Shown piece by piece: positions 61,772 to 64,000 of a stretch of DNA of 64,000 bases (its first letter is position 1; each line of letters starts with the position of its first letter). The DNA lies in assembly GCA_036676805.1 (NCBI GenBank), contig JAKFCD010000004.1:17687-81686 (forward strand), in the 5' to 3' direction. The stretch comes from Elusimicrobiota bacterium (GTDB taxonomy: Bacteria; Elusimicrobiota; Elusimicrobia; UBA1565; UBA9628). The notes beneath the pieces were generated by a model. It saw nothing but the letters and a program-made list of their open reading frames with translations. It did not search any database and was not told where the DNA came from. Made by a program: the position numbers and the translations under genes.

Positions 61772-61785
61772 AGGTCTGACCCCGA

Positions 61786-62475
61786 TTAAAGGTTGGGGGC
61801 GGCGGCGAAGAGCTTCTCGGGAGATTCGCCCAGCTTGTAGCGGGTCTCGAGCCAGACGCGGCGGGCGATGTAGGCCAGGGGGCCGATCGAGTGCACGTGG
61901 CGGGCGGCGGGGCGAAGGCGCTCGGGCAGCAGCGCGATGCGGCCGCGCGCGGCCAGGCGCCGGGAGAACTCCAGGTCCTCGAGGACCGGGAAGGCGGGAA
62001 AGCCGCCGACGGCCTTGTAGATCTCCGGCGTCGTGCAAAGCCCGTGATCGGAGGAGGCCAGGCCCGAGCGCACGCGCGCGTTGGACCACATCGACAGCAA
62101 ACCCAGCCCCCAGCCCGCGCCGTAGGAGACCGAGAAAGCGGTGGCGGCCAGGCCTTCGGTGGGAGTGGCGAGCCAGAAATGCTCGAGGGCCTGCTGCCAG
62201 TTGCCCGGCGGCTGGGCGTCGGCGCGCAGGAAAAACAACAGGTCCCCCGTCGCCTTCTCCGCGCCCGCGTGCCACTGCGCCCCGCGGTTGGGCCGGCCCT
62301 GCTCCAGGACCTCGTCGGCCCACTCGCGCGCGGCCTCCACCGTGCCGTCGTCGGAGCCGCCGTCGACGACGAGAACCTCCATCGGGCTGGTGTGGGAAAT
62401 CTGCCGCAGGCGCTTGAGCGAGGATCCGATCTGCGGGCCCTCGTTGTAGGCCGCGATGATGACGGAGAACTTCAC
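61786..62475 (-). CDS. Family 2 glycosyltransferase
   Basis: 229 aa from the GTG (VKFSVIIAAYNEG...VVDGGSDDGT). GTGA overlap with the DUF1015 gene. Confidence 0.7.
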   Translation of the reverse strand: MKFSVIIAAYNEGPQIGSSLKRLRQISHTSPMEVLVVDGGSDDGTVEAAREWADEVLEQGRPNRGAQWHAGAEKATGDLLFFLRADAQPPGNWQQALEHFWLATPTEGLAATAFSVSYGAGWGLGLLSMWSNARVRSGLASSDHGLCTTPEIYKAVGGFPAFPVLEDLEFSRRLAARGRIALLPERLRPAARHVHSIGPLAYIARRVWLETRYKLGESPEKLFAAAPNL

Positions 62476-63635
62476 TGGGCGTCCAGCGGGCGGAAGACCA
62501 GCCCCGTCGCGATCTTGGGGTAGAAGTAGGTGGATTTCTGGGGCAGCAGCCCGACGGCCTTGGCCGCCCGCCTCACCTGCGCCACGGAGAAGGGCTTGAC
62601 GAGCACCGCCGCTCCGCGCGAGTCCTTCGCCTTCTTCACGGCCAGCGCCGCGTCGGGGGTGTAGCTCATCTCGTCGGGACGGACACCCGACAGCAGGTTC
62701 GCGCCCAGCCATTCGACGGCGAGGCCGCCGCGGCAGCCGAGGGGCTTGGGCTCGCCGAAATATAAGCCGTTCTCGATCAGGCCGAACGCGTAAGGATTCG
62801 CGGAGCGCTCGACGAGCTTCAGCAGCTCCCGCAGGGTCCGCGCTTGCTTCAGGGAGGCCAGCTCGGAGGCTCGCTTGAGCAGGCTTTTCTTGGCGATGCG
62901 ATGGGTGGGCAGCACGACGAGCCCCGGATCCTCGTCGGGCACGAGATAGGTCAGCACCGCGTCGGTGCCCGGGCCCTTCGTCCTGGCGTGATGGTCGCGG
63001 CTGACGGAATAGCGGTGATGGCCGTCGGCGATCAAGATGGAGCGGGGCGCCAGCGCCCGGCGGATCGCCGCGACGAGCTTGGGCTCGTCGACGACCCAGA
63101 CCTTGTAATCCACGCCCGCGTGAGACCTTCCCGCCGCGTCCGGGGACCCTTTCATCCCGGCCCGGATCGCGCGGCGCGCCGCGCCGGAGGGATCGGCGAA
63201 GACGCCGAAAATAGGGGAGATGTTGACGCCGACCGCGTCGAGCATCTTCAGGCGATCCGCCTTGGGTTTAGCCAAGGTTCGTTCGTGGGGAATAATAGCC
63301 TTCGCGGCCTTGGGCGTCGCGCCGAGGGCGGAGAGGATCCCGCGGCGAATATATTTTTTGCCGTTGAGCGCGTAGCGCTCTTCGATAGCGTAAAACGCGG
63401 CCTTAGGGTCCCTGGCAAGAGTCCCGTCCACGGTCCATTTACGCCACAAAGCCGCCGCCCGGCCGTATTTCGCGGGCGGCTCACCCTGCGGCAATTCCAA
63501 ATGAACCGCGTTAGCCGTCCGCCGCCGCAACGCGGCGGCAAGCTCCGGCCCTATCACATCATAAGGAGGACACAGCGCGGAGCTCAAGGAAGGGGCGGTA
63601 TAACGAACCCCCCGAAAAGGTCGGACATCAGCCAT
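62472..63635 (-). CDS. DUF1015-family protein
   Basis: 387 aa. The family-typical N-terminus reads MADVRPFRGVRY. Confidence 0.75.
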   Translation of the reverse strand: MADVRPFRGVRYTAPSLSSALCPPYDVIGPELAAALRRRTANAVHLELPQGEPPAKYGRAAALWRKWTVDGTLARDPKAAFYAIEERYALNGKKYIRRGILSALGATPKAAKAIIPHERTLAKPKADRLKMLDAVGVNISPIFGVFADPSGAARRAIRAGMKGSPDAAGRSHAGVDYKVWVVDEPKLVAAIRRALAPRSILIADGHHRYSVSRDHHARTKGPGTDAVLTYLVPDEDPGLVVLPTHRIAKKSLLKRASELASLKQARTLRELLKLVERSANPYAFGLIENGLYFGEPKPLGCRGGLAVEWLGANLLSGVRPDEMSYTPDAALAVKKAKDSRGAAVLVKPFSVAQVRRAAKAVGLLPQKSTYFYPKIATGLVFRPLDAQ

Positions 63636-63664
63636 AAATCATCATCCCGTTTACAGGCTCTCAT

Positions 63665-63692
63665 TGTCAAGCCGCTCCGAGGGCGGTAGAAT
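63665..63692 (+). promoter_or_regulatory. Sigma70-like promoter (TTGTCA-16 nt-TAGAAT) ending about 10 nt before the nadD ATG. Probably leaderless.
   Basis: ttgtca at 63665-63670, tagaat at 63687-63692, ATG at 63703. There is no Shine-Dalgarno sequence. Confidence 0.4.
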
Positions 63693-63702
63693 CAAGGTCC
63701 CC

Positions 63703-64000
63703 ATGCGCGTTCTCGTCTACGGCGGCACCTTCGATCCTCCGCATCGCGGCCATGCATTGATGCTTTACGCCGCGATAAAAAAAATCCGTCCCGATAAGGT
63801 TCTCATCGTTCCCGCCTACCAAGCTCCGTTGAAGGAAGCGCCGCAGGCAAGCTCCAAAGATCGTCTGACCATGGCCCGTCTGGGCATTCTCGATCCGCTG
63901 CCGTTAAGATGGCGGAAGATTTGCCGTATAGACGCGCGCGAAGCGCGCTCGCGCCGACAAGTCTTCACCGTCGAGACCCTCGGCGCGCTTAAAGGAGAGC
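63703..64000 (+). CDS. nadD: Nicotinate-nucleotide adenylyltransferase (5' part; the 3' end is cut by the window)
   Basis: MRVLVYGGTFDPPHRGH carries the HxGH motif. Confidence 0.85.
   Translation, partial: MRVLVYGGTFDPPHRGHALMLYAAIKKIRPDKVLIVPAYQAPLKEAPQASSKDRLTMARLGILDPLPLRWRKICRIDAREARSRRQVFTVETLGALKGE

Noticed and set aside
1-64000. CRISPR arrays, tRNA or rRNA genes, IS or transposase genes
   Set aside because: I saw no regularly spaced direct repeats. Intergenic regions are nearly all under 150 nt and none shows tRNA-like conserved arms. No ORF resembles a transposase, integrase or recombinase. The only repeat-like elements are the palindromic insert at 39851-39930 and GC hairpins.

Overview
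This is a 64-kb window of about 70% GC bacterial DNA. The gene content is that of a Gram-negative cell: a TonB-dependent receptor, LPS heptose genes (gmhA, rfaE domain II), PBP1C, a periplasmic alpha-2-macroglobulin, and a GspE-family ATPase. Coding density is about 97%. I call about 58 CDS and find no rRNA, tRNA, CRISPR array or transposase. Most genes are housekeeping: a trans-sulfuration PLP enzyme, an M32 carboxypeptidase, 2-oxoacid dehydrogenase E1 alpha and beta, CBS, recR, dnaX, ssb, rsmI, tsaC, glyA, mtnP, cdd, accC, gatCAB, a uvrD/pcrA helicase and nadD. They sit in long co-directional arrays whose stop and start codons overlap (ATGA, GTGA, TAATG) almost everywhere. The best candidate for something new is a lower-GC (about 50-55%) two-gene cassette at 10.2-12.2 kb. 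It encodes a wHTH-containing protein and a pol-beta-superfamily nucleotidyltransferase, has its own TTGACA promoter and an inverted-repeat operator, and is built like AbiE (type IV TA / abortive infection) while differing in sequence. Other non-housekeeping content includes a bacterial A2M with an intact CTEQ thioester, coupled to pbpC and followed by nagZ. Two tandem paralogous stand-alone cNMP-binding-like proteins lack the phosphate-binding Arg. A BCCP (AccB) homolog has lost its biotinylated Lys and is separated from accC by a zinc-ribbon membrane protein and a MITE-like palindromic insertion. An orphan REC-GspE/PilB secretion ATPase has no T2SS or T4P partners nearby. A 1167-aa secreted protein combines NHL, transglutaminase-like and TPR regions and is coupled to gatB. 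The gatC-gatA-gatB locus is interrupted by TPR and NUDIX genes. Two sigma70-like promoters sit immediately in front of their ATG codons, so those mRNAs look leaderless. Many long antisense ORFs in the supplied six-frame track are GC-driven artefacts and were rejected.
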